Shown here: positions 29,301-39,430 of the stretch, piece after piece | How positions within the stretch are numbered: position 1 is the stretch's first letter | Layout: every line of letters begins with the position of its first letter | Assembly: GCA_963662405.2 (NCBI GenBank) | Contig: CAXXKT010000001.1 | Span: 2,080,001 to 2,144,000 of the forward strand | Source: Syntrophales bacterium | Lineage (GTDB): Bacteria; Desulfobacterota; Syntrophia; Syntrophales; UBA2210 | DNA: 64,000 bases | Direction of reading: 5' to 3' | Translations under genes and position numbers: made by a program | The notes under the pieces: generated by a model | What the model was told of the DNA's origin: nothing | Databases searched by the model: none | What the model saw: the letters and a program-made list of their open reading frames with translations, nothing else

Positions 29301-29568
29301 TTTCGGACGCAAGGTCCGGGTAGTGGGGCGTAAAATACCATTCAACGAACGGTTACACGGTTACTTTTACCTTGGGGTTTCCATTTTCAGCGGGTTTTTG
29401 ACCCGATGAGCGGCGGTTGTAATCCTCTGGAATCATAAATACTATACACGACCATAGAGGCCCTGCTCTATGATCAATAAACCGGTAACACCCTCTGATG
29501 AGCAGGTCCGCTAGCAGATATTGACCGTGCCCGTTGAGTGTGTTTGGGGTTGGCATGATTCCACTCTG

Positions 29569-31053
29569 TTAGTGCGGTTTTTCCCATGGCGGGAAAAAGG
29601 CGGGGCGCAGGGGGTCCCACCTCCCCACCAGCCGGTCGAAGGATCGATCGGGGAAGGTCTCCTTGAATATACGATAGTAGTACAGCTCCTCAACGGAGGC
29701 GAGGAGGGGATTGCCGGGCTGGCGGTTGAACGCCGCAAGGTCGGCCTCGGAGAAACGCCCTTCCGCCTCCCGGCGCATCACGTAGGCGACCCCGGAACCC
29801 TGAGAAAAGAAACGCTTTGTCTGGTAGATGATGTGTTCCGGCAGATCGCCTTCAAAGGCCTGCCGCAGGACCCATTTCCCGACCTGACCCTCGCCGTGGA
29901 TCTTGTGTTCGAGGGGGATCTTGAGGGAGAAGTTCATGACCTCGGTGTCGAGGAAGGGCGTGCGGCTCTCGTATCCGTTGGCCGCGTTGAGCCGGTCGAG
30001 GCGCTGGAGGGCCGTATTGTGGGCCACCCTGATGACGAAATCGATGATACCGGCGATCTCCTCCCGGTTGTCTCCCTGCTTATACTGGCCGTCATACCCG
30101 GCAAAGAACTCATCGGCCCCCTCGCCGGTGAGGACGCACATGGCCTTTTCTTTGATGAACTGCCCCGCGATAAAGTTCGCGATGGCCCCGTGGACGCAAC
30201 TCTCCTCGTACATCTCCTGGTGATGGATTGCCGTTGGAAGGATCTGCGCGATCTCTTCCTCGCCGAACATGCGAACATGGTGCTTGAGCCCCAGGGCCTC
30301 GGTTACGTCCCGGGCGAGGGGGAGGTCTTCCCCCCCCTCCATGCTCACGGTGAAACATTCGATGCCCGGTCGTATCCGCGTGGCCATGGAGGCGATCAGA
30401 CTGCTGTCGAGCCCTCCGCTGAGGAGGACCCCCGTCACGGCCCCGTCCCTCATTCGCTTGTCCGTGGCCTTCTCAAGCAGTCCCCGAACAACCTCCTTGG
30501 CCCGTTCGTAGTTTTCAAAGTCCGGTGTCTCGATGGCGCAGGCATATTTCTGGAAACCTGTCTCTCGTGAGTACACATACCCGGGGGGAAATTCGCGCGC
30601 ATCGCCGGCAATGCCGACCAGGGCCTTCGCCTCTGAGGCGAAACAGAGATTTCCCTCCGTGTCATGACCGTAGTAGAGCGGTTTGATCCCGGACTCATCG
30701 CGGGCGAGGAGCAGCGACCCGTCGCAGGAGAGGGCGCAGGCGAAGTCTCCGTCTATCTGTTCCGTGAAGCGTGAACCGTGGCGATCATACAGTTCCAACG
30801 CGGCCTGTGCGTCGGTTTGTGCCGCCAGTCCATCATTGTAGATGCGTCCGTCCATGACCACCGACCGTTTCCCGTCCCTGGCGTAGTGGGAGCCGTCCGG
30901 GCATCCGCCACCGATATTCAGTTCGTTACACCCCAGATGGATCGGGCCGTCATCAAACCGTACCGTTTCATGAGGCCCCCGGTGTCTGATCCGTTCGAGC
31001 ATCAGATCAAGATTCCCGTGTTCATTTCCCAGAACGCCCGCGATGCCAGCCAT
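29569..31053 (-). CDS. Asparagine synthase-like amidotransferase lacking the N-terminal Cys
   Basis: HRGP, GIKPLYY, LSGGLDSS, TGEGADE, RTPFLD; starts MAGIAG. Confidence 0.88.
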   Translation of the reverse strand: MAGIAGVLGNEHGNLDLMLERIRHRGPHETVRFDDGPIHLGCNELNIGGGCPDGSHYARDGKRSVVMDGRIYNDGLAAQTDAQAALELYDRHGSRFTEQIDGDFACALSCDGSLLLARDESGIKPLYYGHDTEGNLCFASEAKALVGIAGDAREFPPGYVYSRETGFQKYACAIETPDFENYERAKEVVRGLLEKATDKRMRDGAVTGVLLSGGLDSSLIASMATRIRPGIECFTVSMEGGEDLPLARDVTEALGLKHHVRMFGEEEIAQILPTAIHHQEMYEESCVHGAIANFIAGQFIKEKAMCVLTGEGADEFFAGYDGQYKQGDNREEIAGIIDFVIRVAHNTALQRLDRLNAANGYESRTPFLDTEVMNFSLKIPLEHKIHGEGQVGKWVLRQAFEGDLPEHIIYQTKRFFSQGSGVAYVMRREAEGRFSEADLAAFNRQPGNPLLASVEELYYYRIFKETFPDRSFDRLVGRWDPLRPAFFPPWEKPH

Positions 31054-31074
31054 TTTCCTTCCCTTTCCTTTTGT

Positions 31075-31755
31075 TTATGCCCGTGCCATCGAATCGAGTA
31101 TCCTCACTGCCTCGAATCCGTCCACACAGTACACATCCGCGCCGATCTCATCGGCGTATTCCTTTGAGACGGCGGCTCCTCCGACAAAAATCTTCACTTT
31201 CTCTCTCAGGCCCGCCGCGGTAATCGCCTGGATGACCTCGTCCATGACGAGCATGGTCGTTGTCAGGAGGGCCGACAGACCGAGGTAGGAGGTGTTGTTT
31301 TCCCTCACATAGTCGACGATTCGCTCCGTGGGGACATCGATCCCCAGATCGACCACCTCGAACCCCGCACCCTTGACGAGGATGGATACGATATTTTTCC
31401 CGATATCATGGATGTCACCCTTGACCGTGGCGATGGCGAAGGTCCCTTTGGCCTCGACGTTTGCCTGTTCGAGGTGTGGTCTCAGGATGTCCATAGCCGC
31501 GCTCACCGCCTCCGCCGAGGCGAGCATGTCGGGGACATAGTACTCCTTCGCGTCGAATTTCTTCCTTACCACCTCCATCCCCGCCGTCAGGCCATGGGTG
31601 ATGATGTCCTGCACGGGGATGGACCGATCGAGGGCGGCCTGTGTCAGTTCAAGGACGGCGGGACCGGTGAGGGAATCGTCGATCCCCTCGTCCTCTTCCG
31701 TCATCCTCCCCTGGATGACATTCTCTTTCAGCAGCGCTATCACATCTTCACTCAT
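31075..31755 (-). CDS. Corrinoid (B12-binding) methyl-carrier protein
   Basis: GDIHDIGKN, SALLTTT, VGGA. Confidence 0.94.
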   Translation of the reverse strand: MSEDVIALLKENVIQGRMTEEDEGIDDSLTGPAVLELTQAALDRSIPVQDIITHGLTAGMEVVRKKFDAKEYYVPDMLASAEAVSAAMDILRPHLEQANVEAKGTFAIATVKGDIHDIGKNIVSILVKGAGFEVVDLGIDVPTERIVDYVRENNTSYLGLSALLTTTMLVMDEVIQAITAAGLREKVKIFVGGAAVSKEYADEIGADVYCVDGFEAVRILDSMARA

Positions 31756-32891
31756 GGGTCTCCTCCCTTGTGGTATAACGGTTCAGCCGCGGCAGCATGC
31801 CGGGGATCTCCCTGAATACCTGCGCTGTTGTTTCTTCGTCGATATGTCGCGCGGGCCGTGCCAGCAGTTTGTTCATACGGTCGAAGGCCCGGGCGAAGAC
31901 CTCATCGGTGTCCCCTTCTCCTTCGAAGGGGTACGGGGGAGAGAGGAGGCCGCTCCGCAGGACCTTGCGGATGTGGCGAATGTACAGTTTCTGGGTGGTG
32001 GCGGAGACGTCCCTGATCTGTTCCAGGGTCTCAGCGATCTCGTGGTCATCGATATGAGCCGGGCGCAGGAAGAATTTGATCATCTGGAAGTGGGCGTCGT
32101 CGAGGACCGCCTGGAGGGGGCAGAAGACGGAATTGCAGTCGAGGAGCCCATAGGCACAGTGGAGATACTGGGGGCCACTCAACGTCACCAGGATGTTCGA
32201 GAAAAGCCGTTCGATGGATGATTGCTGGCCGGGGACCTTCGGGTCGCAGACCCCCGAAGTGGAGTAGTTGGGAATTTTGTAGAAACGGGCAAGCTGGACG
32301 CAGTCGATGTTGAACTGACTCGTTTCCACCGCTCCGTATGAATCCGCCAGGGAGTCCATCCGGGTCATGACGGGGACGCTCCCGTACATGATCGGTGTTC
32401 CCCGCCTGACGAGCTGGCCGAGGGTGATCCCCGCGAGTACCTCCGCGTTGATCTGCGCGATGATCCCCGCTTCTTTAACGGGGGCCGTGGTCCCCGCCTG
32501 CGGTGACGAGGAGACGACGACCGGCAGACCCTTCCGGCAGATCTCGATGAATGACTGCGTCGTGTCAGCGACGAACTGAAGGGGGCTTTTGACCAGACAG
32601 GTGATAAAGGAGAGGAGGGGATTTTTCCTCAGTCGGCCGGGACCGCCCGCTATAATCGTTGCCATTCGGAGGACATTTTCGAGCTGACCGATGTTGGTCA
32701 GTCCGATCATGACGTGCTTCGTCGTGTTGTCGAGGGAGGCGAAGACCTTGTTGACATCTTTGTTCTCCTCCGTGATGTCCGGGTCCTGTATATTGACGTT
32801 TCTGATAAAGGCGTCGAGTGTCTCAAGGTGCTCGCAGAGGTGCGCCGCCCGGCAGAGATCCTCAATAGTCCCCCGGCGCGGCGTAAAGGAG

Positions 32892-34278
32892 GAATGATAA
32901 AAAGTCTTCATGAGCTGTGAATTGGGATACACTGTTTGAAACTTTATAGTTTTGGGCAGCAAGGCTACTGTTCGACATGTTTACTGGTCTTCGAGACCGC
33001 AAAGGAGAATGAAGAGCTGTAGCCGCAACATTCAATGATCTTCGAGATCGAATAGGAGATTGGGACCAATTCACCTGACAGGCGCTGTCCAAGATGTGAG
33101 GAGGCGTTCTATGAAGATGAGTATCGGGGTTGACCTTCACAAGACGCAGTTTACCGTTTGTTGTTTGAGTGAAGATCGGAGTGTTCAGGAGTCGGGCATC
33201 TACCCGACGACTGATCGAGGTTACCGGGCATTTATCATGAAGGTGTCCAACTGGAATGAGGGCGGTTACGAGGTCACGGCAGCGGTGGAATCAACAGGGA
33301 ACACCCGACACTTTCGCAACCGGTTTTTGAAGGCGGGGATTGAGGTCAAGATAGTGAACACCTTGAAATTCAAGGTTGTAAATGAGTCAGTAAAAAAGAC
33401 TGACAAGCATGATTCCCGCACATTGGCTGAGTTTCTTGAGAAAGATATGCTTCCCGAGTCCATTCTTTGTTCGCAGGAAAGCGAGGACATTCGAAGGCTT
33501 CTCAAGTCACGTTCTGTTCTGGTGAAAGCTTTGGTATCCTTGAAAAACCAGATACACGGTTTATTGCTTGGATATGGGATAGAGAGTCGGCGGGGACAGC
33601 TGCAGAGCAAAAAAGAAAGGCAGCGAATCCTTGACGGTCTCGCGGACCATAGGAGTTACGGAAACGCTGCCCGAGCGGTAAAACCGCTTCTTGGTACAAT
33701 AGACCAAATTGCATCCGAGGTCAAAGGACTTGAGCGCGTATTATCTGATCTTGTTTCTGAAGACGAGGATGTTGCTCTGTTGCAAACGATTCCTGGCGTT
33801 GGAATAATAACAGCAGCGACGATTCGGGCTTATACCGATGACATCAACCGATATGAGAGCGCCAAGCAGTATGCTGCTCATGCCGGTTTGGTACCATGGG
33901 TTCAAAACTCCAACAAGACCATTCGCCATGGTCATATTACCAAGCGAGGCCCCGTGGAACTGAGGACGGCTTTTGTGCAAATGGTAATGGGGATGCTACG
34001 GCTTCGGAATAAAACCGATGGATATTGGCTTATGTACAAATACAAAGCCATGAAAGAGAACAAGGGAACCGGGAAGAGCGTAATAGCGACGGCGCGAAAG
34101 ATGAGCACTATTGTATATGCCATCTTGAAGAAGGGGGAGCCGTTTGATCCATCGAAAATGCTGCCAGACCCGAAATATGTAGAGATGAGTAAGGTTGCGA
34201 GGTGTTATGCTTTGGCCGTTTAAATTTTAACCATGGGCCTGTTTGACAGGCTCTCCATGAATTGACTTTTTATAGGAG
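32892..34278 (+). mobile_element. IS110-family element, copy 2 (apparently identical to copy 1; bridge-RNA region about 32913-33078)
   Basis: Constant 28063-bp offset; identical protein translation and end sequences on inspection. Confidence 0.95.
33111..34223 (+). CDS. IS110-family recombinase/transposase
   Basis: Same translation as 5048-6160. Confidence 0.95.
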   Translation: MKMSIGVDLHKTQFTVCCLSEDRSVQESGIYPTTDRGYRAFIMKVSNWNEGGYEVTAAVESTGNTRHFRNRFLKAGIEVKIVNTLKFKVVNESVKKTDKHDSRTLAEFLEKDMLPESILCSQESEDIRRLLKSRSVLVKALVSLKNQIHGLLLGYGIESRRGQLQSKKERQRILDGLADHRSYGNAARAVKPLLGTIDQIASEVKGLERVLSDLVSEDEDVALLQTIPGVGIITAATIRAYTDDINRYESAKQYAAHAGLVPWVQNSNKTIRHGHITKRGPVELRTAFVQMVMGMLRLRNKTDGYWLMYKYKAMKENKGTGKSVIATARKMSTIVYAILKKGEPFDPSKMLPDPKYVEMSKVARCYALAV

Positions 34279-34718
34279 GGAACTATGATCTCCGTTGCGG
34301 GGTCCGATTTCTTCGTATAGGTCTCAACGTCGACATCAAGCCAGGTATTGGTCTCGGAACCGGAGACGAAGTAGACCCGCGGCTCGTCGCCGTGCATGAC
34401 GAGGGTATTCGCGGGGTCCCGGGCGCCGAGGGTAATCGAAGAAGGGGTACTGTCCAGGGCGTCGAGGACGACCCGTTCCGGGATCCTGACGATCCGATGG
34501 GGGGGCGCGGCGGCATCGGTGGCCGAGGAAACATAGGCGCCGCCGTCGGCGAATATGGCCGCGGCCTCCTCGTTGAAACAGATGAGCCCCGGGTTTTTGA
34601 GCATTTCCAGCGATGCCCGGTGGATCTTCCCGATCTGATCTTCTGTCAGGCGTTCAAGGGGATTATCTATGAGCAGGCCTTCTCTGTGCATGAATGTCTT
34701 TTCTCCTCTTCATGATGA

Positions 34719-35528
34719 TTATTCTTCCAACAGACCCTTACGGTAGGCCCGTGTGTATTTCCGGCAGAGGGAATCTCTGCCGGTCAGCATATCGGCCGCC
34801 CGCACCAGCCCCATCATCCGGGTGTCGAGGGGATTGAGGATGGCCGCATCGAGCCCGGCCGCGGCCGCCATGAGCATGAAGGAGCGGTTGACGATTCCCC
34901 GCCCCGGCAGACCGTAGGAGATGTTGCTGAGTCCCATAACGGTCTTGGCCTCGGGATAACGCTCCTTGAGGGCTTCGATCGTCTTCAGTGTGATGAGCCC
35001 CCGGGTGGTGTCGACGGAGATAGGGAGGACGAGGGGATCGAAATAGACCCGCTGTGGGGGGACTCCCGCCCCGCCGAGATGGTCCATGATGATGTCGGCC
35101 GCCTCGATCCGCTCCTCGACGTTCCGGGGAACCCCGGCACCCTTCATCACCAGGGCGATAATGCGAGCGCCTGCTTCGGCCACGATCTTCCCGATCGGGC
35201 CGAGGCGGTCCGCCTCGGCGGTGACCGAGTTGATCATCGCCTCTTCGCCGCGGTACGCGGTAAGGGCCGCCTCCAGGACGGCCGGATCGTCACTATCGAT
35301 ACAGAGGGGCTTGTCCGTTGCCTCCTGCACGACCTCCATGAGCCACCGCATGATCTCGACAGGGGTGCTCCCCGCGCCCCGGCCATCACCGGCGTTCACA
35401 TCGATATAATCAGCTCCGGCCGCCGCCTGATCGCAGGCAAGGGATACCAGTGATTCCCGGTCCTGTGCGGCAATGGCCTTTCCCGTCGACGGGATGGACG
35501 CGTTGATCTTCTCTCCGATTATCAGCAT
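34719..35528 (-). CDS. Methyltetrahydrofolate:corrinoid methyltransferase (AcsE-like, pterin-binding)
   Basis: IIGEKIN, IDVNAG, CIDS, INSV, FDPLV, GLSNISYGLP. Confidence 0.9.
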   Translation of the reverse strand: MLIIGEKINASIPSTGKAIAAQDRESLVSLACDQAAAGADYIDVNAGDGRGAGSTPVEIMRWLMEVVQEATDKPLCIDSDDPAVLEAALTAYRGEEAMINSVTAEADRLGPIGKIVAEAGARIIALVMKGAGVPRNVEERIEAADIIMDHLGGAGVPPQRVYFDPLVLPISVDTTRGLITLKTIEALKERYPEAKTVMGLSNISYGLPGRGIVNRSFMLMAAAAGLDAAILNPLDTRMMGLVRAADMLTGRDSLCRKYTRAYRKGLLEE

Positions 35529-35537
35529 AGGGATCTC

Positions 35538-36983
35538 CTATATCTCCCGCAACCCCGGTATGGACGAAAGCATCCGCCGGTACACCTCATCGGGGATGAA
35601 GTTTTGGGGAGGCGCCCCCAGCACCTCCCGGACTTGCCCGGCCGCCCGGTCCCTGATTTCCCGGGAGCCGGCCTTTTCCCACGAAACGCGATCGTCCCGG
35701 TCACTCAAGCCGGGAACGAATTGTTGCGTGCGCATGTACTTGCGGGTATGGGCCTGGGCCAGGTAATGGCCGCCGGGGCCGACCTTCCTGATGGTGTCGA
35801 AGCCAAGGGTCTCGTCGCTGACCTCGATCCCCTCGACGGCGCGCATCACCATCCCGATGATCTCGTTGTCGATGACCAGCTTGTCATAGGAGGCGGTCAT
35901 GCAGAACTCGATGAATCCCGCCGCGTCGTGGATAAAATTCCCCCCCGCCAGGGCGACCATCAGATTGGTCAGGGCCGATTCGTACCCCGCCTGCGCATCG
36001 GGTATCTTCGCATCGGTCATCCCGGCTGTCGCGTAGTAGGGGAGTCTGTAGTATTGAGCCATCTGGGCCGCCGCCGCGTTGAGGAGGCCCATCTCGACGG
36101 CACCGCAGATGTATTTCATGCTGTGGAGATCGGCGATGGAGGCGACGCTGCCGTACAGGGTAGGGGTGCCCGGGTTGGCCATCTGGGCGAGCATGACCCC
36201 GGCCAGCGTGTCCACGTTCTGGATCACCAGTGTCCCGGCGAGGGTGACCGGCGCGGTTGTCCCCGACAGCGGCTCCGCGGGGACGACGACGGGAATTCCC
36301 TGCCGGGCGACCTCGATGGTCAGACCGGAATAGTGTTCGTCCAGCCTCAGGGGGCTGACGACGCAGGTGACCATGGAGATGATGGGGCGTTCCCGCAGTC
36401 GCTCCGGACCACCGGAAATCATCTCGGCTATCTGGATGACGTTGCGGATACCGTCGACCGTGTAGACGCCCCCCATGATGTGCTTGCGCGTATACCTCAA
36501 CGCGGCCCCGAACCGGTTGACATCCACCTCGCCGGCATCAAGTTCGTTGGGATAGACATTCAGCATATAGAAGTGGATATTTTCAAGCGATTCGACGAGA
36601 CGTGCCATCTGCACTATATCCGCCAGCGTAGCTCGCCGTGAATCGGTGGACCCGCTCTCCTGGACGTTCAGGGCCGTTCCCCCGGTCCCCATGTACACCC
36701 GCCGCCCCCCGATCTCGCAGTCGAGTTCGCCTTTATCCCCCCGTCCGCAGAGGGTCACTACCGGCGGCGCCTGGGCGATCAGTTCCTCAACCCGTTTCGC
36801 GGGGATCCGGACGATACCGTGTTCATCATCGATTGCGGCACCGGCCCGGCGGAAGAGCCCGCGCGCCTCGGGGAGGCGGGCCTCGATCCCCACCTCTTCA
36901 AATACCCGGAGAGTGGTCTCGTGGATTTTTTCGATATCTGGTTCCCCGAGAGGCCGGTAGGCCCCTCCTTCCGGTCCTTTCAT
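35538..36983 (-). CDS. MttB-superfamily methyltransferase, non-pyrrolysine
   Basis: SPL, GTTAPVTLAG, DAKIPDAQAGYE, VGPGGHYL; no internal TAG. Confidence 0.92.
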   Translation of the reverse strand: MKGPEGGAYRPLGEPDIEKIHETTLRVFEEVGIEARLPEARGLFRRAGAAIDDEHGIVRIPAKRVEELIAQAPPVVTLCGRGDKGELDCEIGGRRVYMGTGGTALNVQESGSTDSRRATLADIVQMARLVESLENIHFYMLNVYPNELDAGEVDVNRFGAALRYTRKHIMGGVYTVDGIRNVIQIAEMISGGPERLRERPIISMVTCVVSPLRLDEHYSGLTIEVARQGIPVVVPAEPLSGTTAPVTLAGTLVIQNVDTLAGVMLAQMANPGTPTLYGSVASIADLHSMKYICGAVEMGLLNAAAAQMAQYYRLPYYATAGMTDAKIPDAQAGYESALTNLMVALAGGNFIHDAAGFIEFCMTASYDKLVIDNEIIGMVMRAVEGIEVSDETLGFDTIRKVGPGGHYLAQAHTRKYMRTQQFVPGLSDRDDRVSWEKAGSREIRDRAAGQVREVLGAPPQNFIPDEVYRRMLSSIPGLREI

Positions 36984-37861
36984 GCGTCGTATCCTCGTTC
37001 CAAAGGAAGGGCGCGGACGATCCGTTCCACATGACGGCACCGGTTCATACTGTAAAAGTGGATTCCCGGGACGCCGTTTCTGAGGAGATCCTCGCTCTGC
37101 GCGGTCGCGTATTCGATGCCGTACTGTTCAACGAGATCGTCTCTGTCCTCTGCGTCACGGATCTTCCGTTCCAGTGATACGGGGAGACGAGCCCCGCAGA
37201 GTGACGCGATCTTCTGTATCTGCCGGTAACTGAAGAAAGGGAATATTCCCGGAATAATCGGAATGTCGATCCCGGCCTTTGTCGCGTAATCCCGGAACCG
37301 GTAAAAATCCGCGTTGTTATAAAAAAGCTGTGTAATGACAAAATCAGCCCCGGCATCGATCTTTTTCTTGAGATGGTCGATGTCCGCCGCCAGAGAAGGT
37401 GCCTCGATGTGACCCTCGGGATACCCGGCTACCCCGATGCAGAAGTGGTTGTCCCGCTGGATAAAGGTGACCAACTCATGGGCGAAACCGAATCCACCTT
37501 CAGACTTGACATAGGAATCCTGCCCCGCCGGCGGATCTCCCCTGAGGGCCAGAATATTCTTGATGTTCGATCTTTTTAATTCATCGAGAACCGACGCGAT
37601 ATCATCCTTCGATGCCTCCACGCAGGTCAGGTGTGCCAGGACCTCAGCCGTGCCGGTTCCTTTCAGGGCCGAGGCTATCTCGACGGACATGTCATGGGTG
37701 CTGCCGCCGGCGCCGTACGTGACGGAAATAAAGTCGGGATTGAGCCGTGCCAGTCTGTCGATGACGGGGAAAAGGCGATCCGCCGTACCGTCCCTGACAG
37801 GTGGGAAGACCTCGAAGGAGAGAGAAAAGTCGTTGTTTTGTAGGATATCTTTAATCTTCAT
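36980..37861 (-). CDS. metF: Methylenetetrahydrofolate reductase
   Basis: SFEVFPP, SVTYGAGG, AHLTC, LRGDPP, ITQLF. Confidence 0.95.
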   Translation of the reverse strand: MKIKDILQNNDFSLSFEVFPPVRDGTADRLFPVIDRLARLNPDFISVTYGAGGSTHDMSVEIASALKGTGTAEVLAHLTCVEASKDDIASVLDELKRSNIKNILALRGDPPAGQDSYVKSEGGFGFAHELVTFIQRDNHFCIGVAGYPEGHIEAPSLAADIDHLKKKIDAGADFVITQLFYNNADFYRFRDYATKAGIDIPIIPGIFPFFSYRQIQKIASLCGARLPVSLERKIRDAEDRDDLVEQYGIEYATAQSEDLLRNGVPGIHFYSMNRCRHVERIVRALPLERGYDA

Positions 37862-37932
37862 AAGCCTCTGCCAGGAATAAAACACTTCTCGGACGTCGAA
37901 CCGTATGAAGAAACAACACGTCAGTCCCTACG

Positions 37933-38616
37933 TCAGTCCCTTCTCGCCGGGCAATCAGGCCGGCGACAATGGGAGCAGGGGTTATAGGAAGAATTGTGGG
38001 CGTCGGCGCCGACGCCGAATACGCCTGAGATCGATTTTCGGGGTGTCATGAGAAGGGACGATGTCAGGGTAACGCCGATCCTGCCGGCGTCTATGAGGGG
38101 AAAGAGTTTTCTCTGCTCGGTGATCGGCCAGTCACAGTAGCCGGGGCTGAAACGAAGGGTCACCCCTTTCCCCGTCATATGAGCCTTTTCCCTCATCATG
38201 TCCTGGAACGTCTCGACCACCTCTTCGATCATGATTGAGCCGATCGTATCGAGGGTGTATCCATCGGTAAGGCGGTACTGCTGTGGAAGCCTCTGTACGG
38301 CGTTCTCGATTCCGGGGCCGATCGTAGCAATAAAGCAGAGGAGACGGGAACATCCGCGGACGGTCCTTGTCAGCCGTGGGCTCTCGAGGATCGTCCCATC
38401 GGAAAGCATGACCCGTCCGCCCTCTGTGGATGCAATTTCCTTGACCGTGTAACTCAGACGCGGGTTGATCCACCTCCGGAGCATCTGTCCGAGGTTTCCG
38501 CCTTCTTTTTCGAGGGACCGCCGGAGACGGCGTCCATGTCGTTGATGCAAGATGCTCGCCAATACCCCCTCGTCAGGGGAAGGGATATATGCGCCTATCC
38601 CGGAGATAGACCCCAT
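37933..38616 (-). CDS. Stand-alone MetH activation-domain-like protein
   Basis: ATIG, RFSPGYCDW, PRKSISG, C-terminal CxxCxxxxCxxR. Confidence 0.85.
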   Translation of the reverse strand: MGSISGIGAYIPSPDEGVLASILHQRHGRRLRRSLEKEGGNLGQMLRRWINPRLSYTVKEIASTEGGRVMLSDGTILESPRLTRTVRGCSRLLCFIATIGPGIENAVQRLPQQYRLTDGYTLDTIGSIMIEEVVETFQDMMREKAHMTGKGVTLRFSPGYCDWPITEQRKLFPLIDAGRIGVTLTSSLLMTPRKSISGVFGVGADAHNSSYNPCSHCRRPDCPARRD

Positions 38617-38832
38617 AAAACACCCCCGCTCGACCGGTGGGTCGTGAAATACAAGATTGGATATTTATAGTTGAAATGATTCCTACAGGAACGAACCTAC
38701 CGTAAAATATGTCGGCTGTCAACCCATTTTCCGCTTCAGGTATCCCCCTGCGAGAGGATCGCGTGAAAGGGGATAAATGATATTTCCAGTATTCTGATAC
38801 GAAAGGTTTGTGTTTTTAAAAGAGGCGCATGC

Positions 38833-39339
38833 TCAGAGGGGAGCGGGGGAGTCCCCGTTCGAAAGATCAATCTCCAGTTCTTCTGCGTCGAGCATTTCGA
38901 TGAGGAGGCTCAGATTGCGGCGGATCTGTTCTCTCTGTTCCGTGGACCGTCTTCCGAGACCGTCCACGATCTTCTGCTGAATCGGGGGCGGGGCGTTCCG
39001 GGTGAGGCTCTCGCCCGCCTCGGTCAATTCGATCGTGATCACCCGACGGTCGCGGGAATTGCGGACCCTCCGCGCCAGTCCCTTCTGCTCCAGTCTGTCG
39101 ATGACACCCGTCACCGTACTGGATTTAACCATGATGTGCTTGGCTATCTGTGATGGGGGAAGGGGGCCGTTTTCCGAGAGGGCGATCAGGCAGTTGAGCT
39201 GCGGCGCGCTGACATTGTACTTTTTGTTGAGTTCCTTGGTGTAGAGATACCCCGCCTGCATCAGGCGCCTGATCAGATAAATGATATCCCTGATGCTGTC
39301 ATGAGGGGGTGTTATCCCGGTTGTTGACTGCTTATCCAT
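38833..39339 (-). CDS. MarR-family regulator
   Basis: STVTGVIDRLEQKGL, DRRVITIELTEAG. Confidence 0.92.
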   Translation of the reverse strand: MDKQSTTGITPPHDSIRDIIYLIRRLMQAGYLYTKELNKKYNVSAPQLNCLIALSENGPLPPSQIAKHIMVKSSTVTGVIDRLEQKGLARRVRNSRDRRVITIELTEAGESLTRNAPPPIQQKIVDGLGRRSTEQREQIRRNLSLLIEMLDAEELEIDLSNGDSPAPL

Positions 39340-39430
39340 TATTTCCGTCCATCCTGCAGAAAGCAGCAAGTCATTTTAGGAAACCGCTTTTATCACGGCC
39401 TTTTTGAAAGGGCAACCGCTTTTTGTTTCT

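Larger units (their letters stand above)
31748..34691 (-). pseudogene. MttB-superfamily methyltransferase interrupted by IS110
   Basis: Joining 34691-34279 to 32891-31748 gives an intact 518-aa frame (...EIIVPSFTPRRGTIEDL...). Confidence 0.9.

Noticed and set aside
32892..32962. N-terminus MLPKTIKF... of ORF 31748-32962 and C-terminus of ORF 34227-34691
   Set aside because: Both are read-through into IS110 end sequence, not real protein.
35538..36983. Pyrrolysine read-through in the MttB genes
   Set aside because: Neither frame has an internal TAG, and no pyl genes are in the window.
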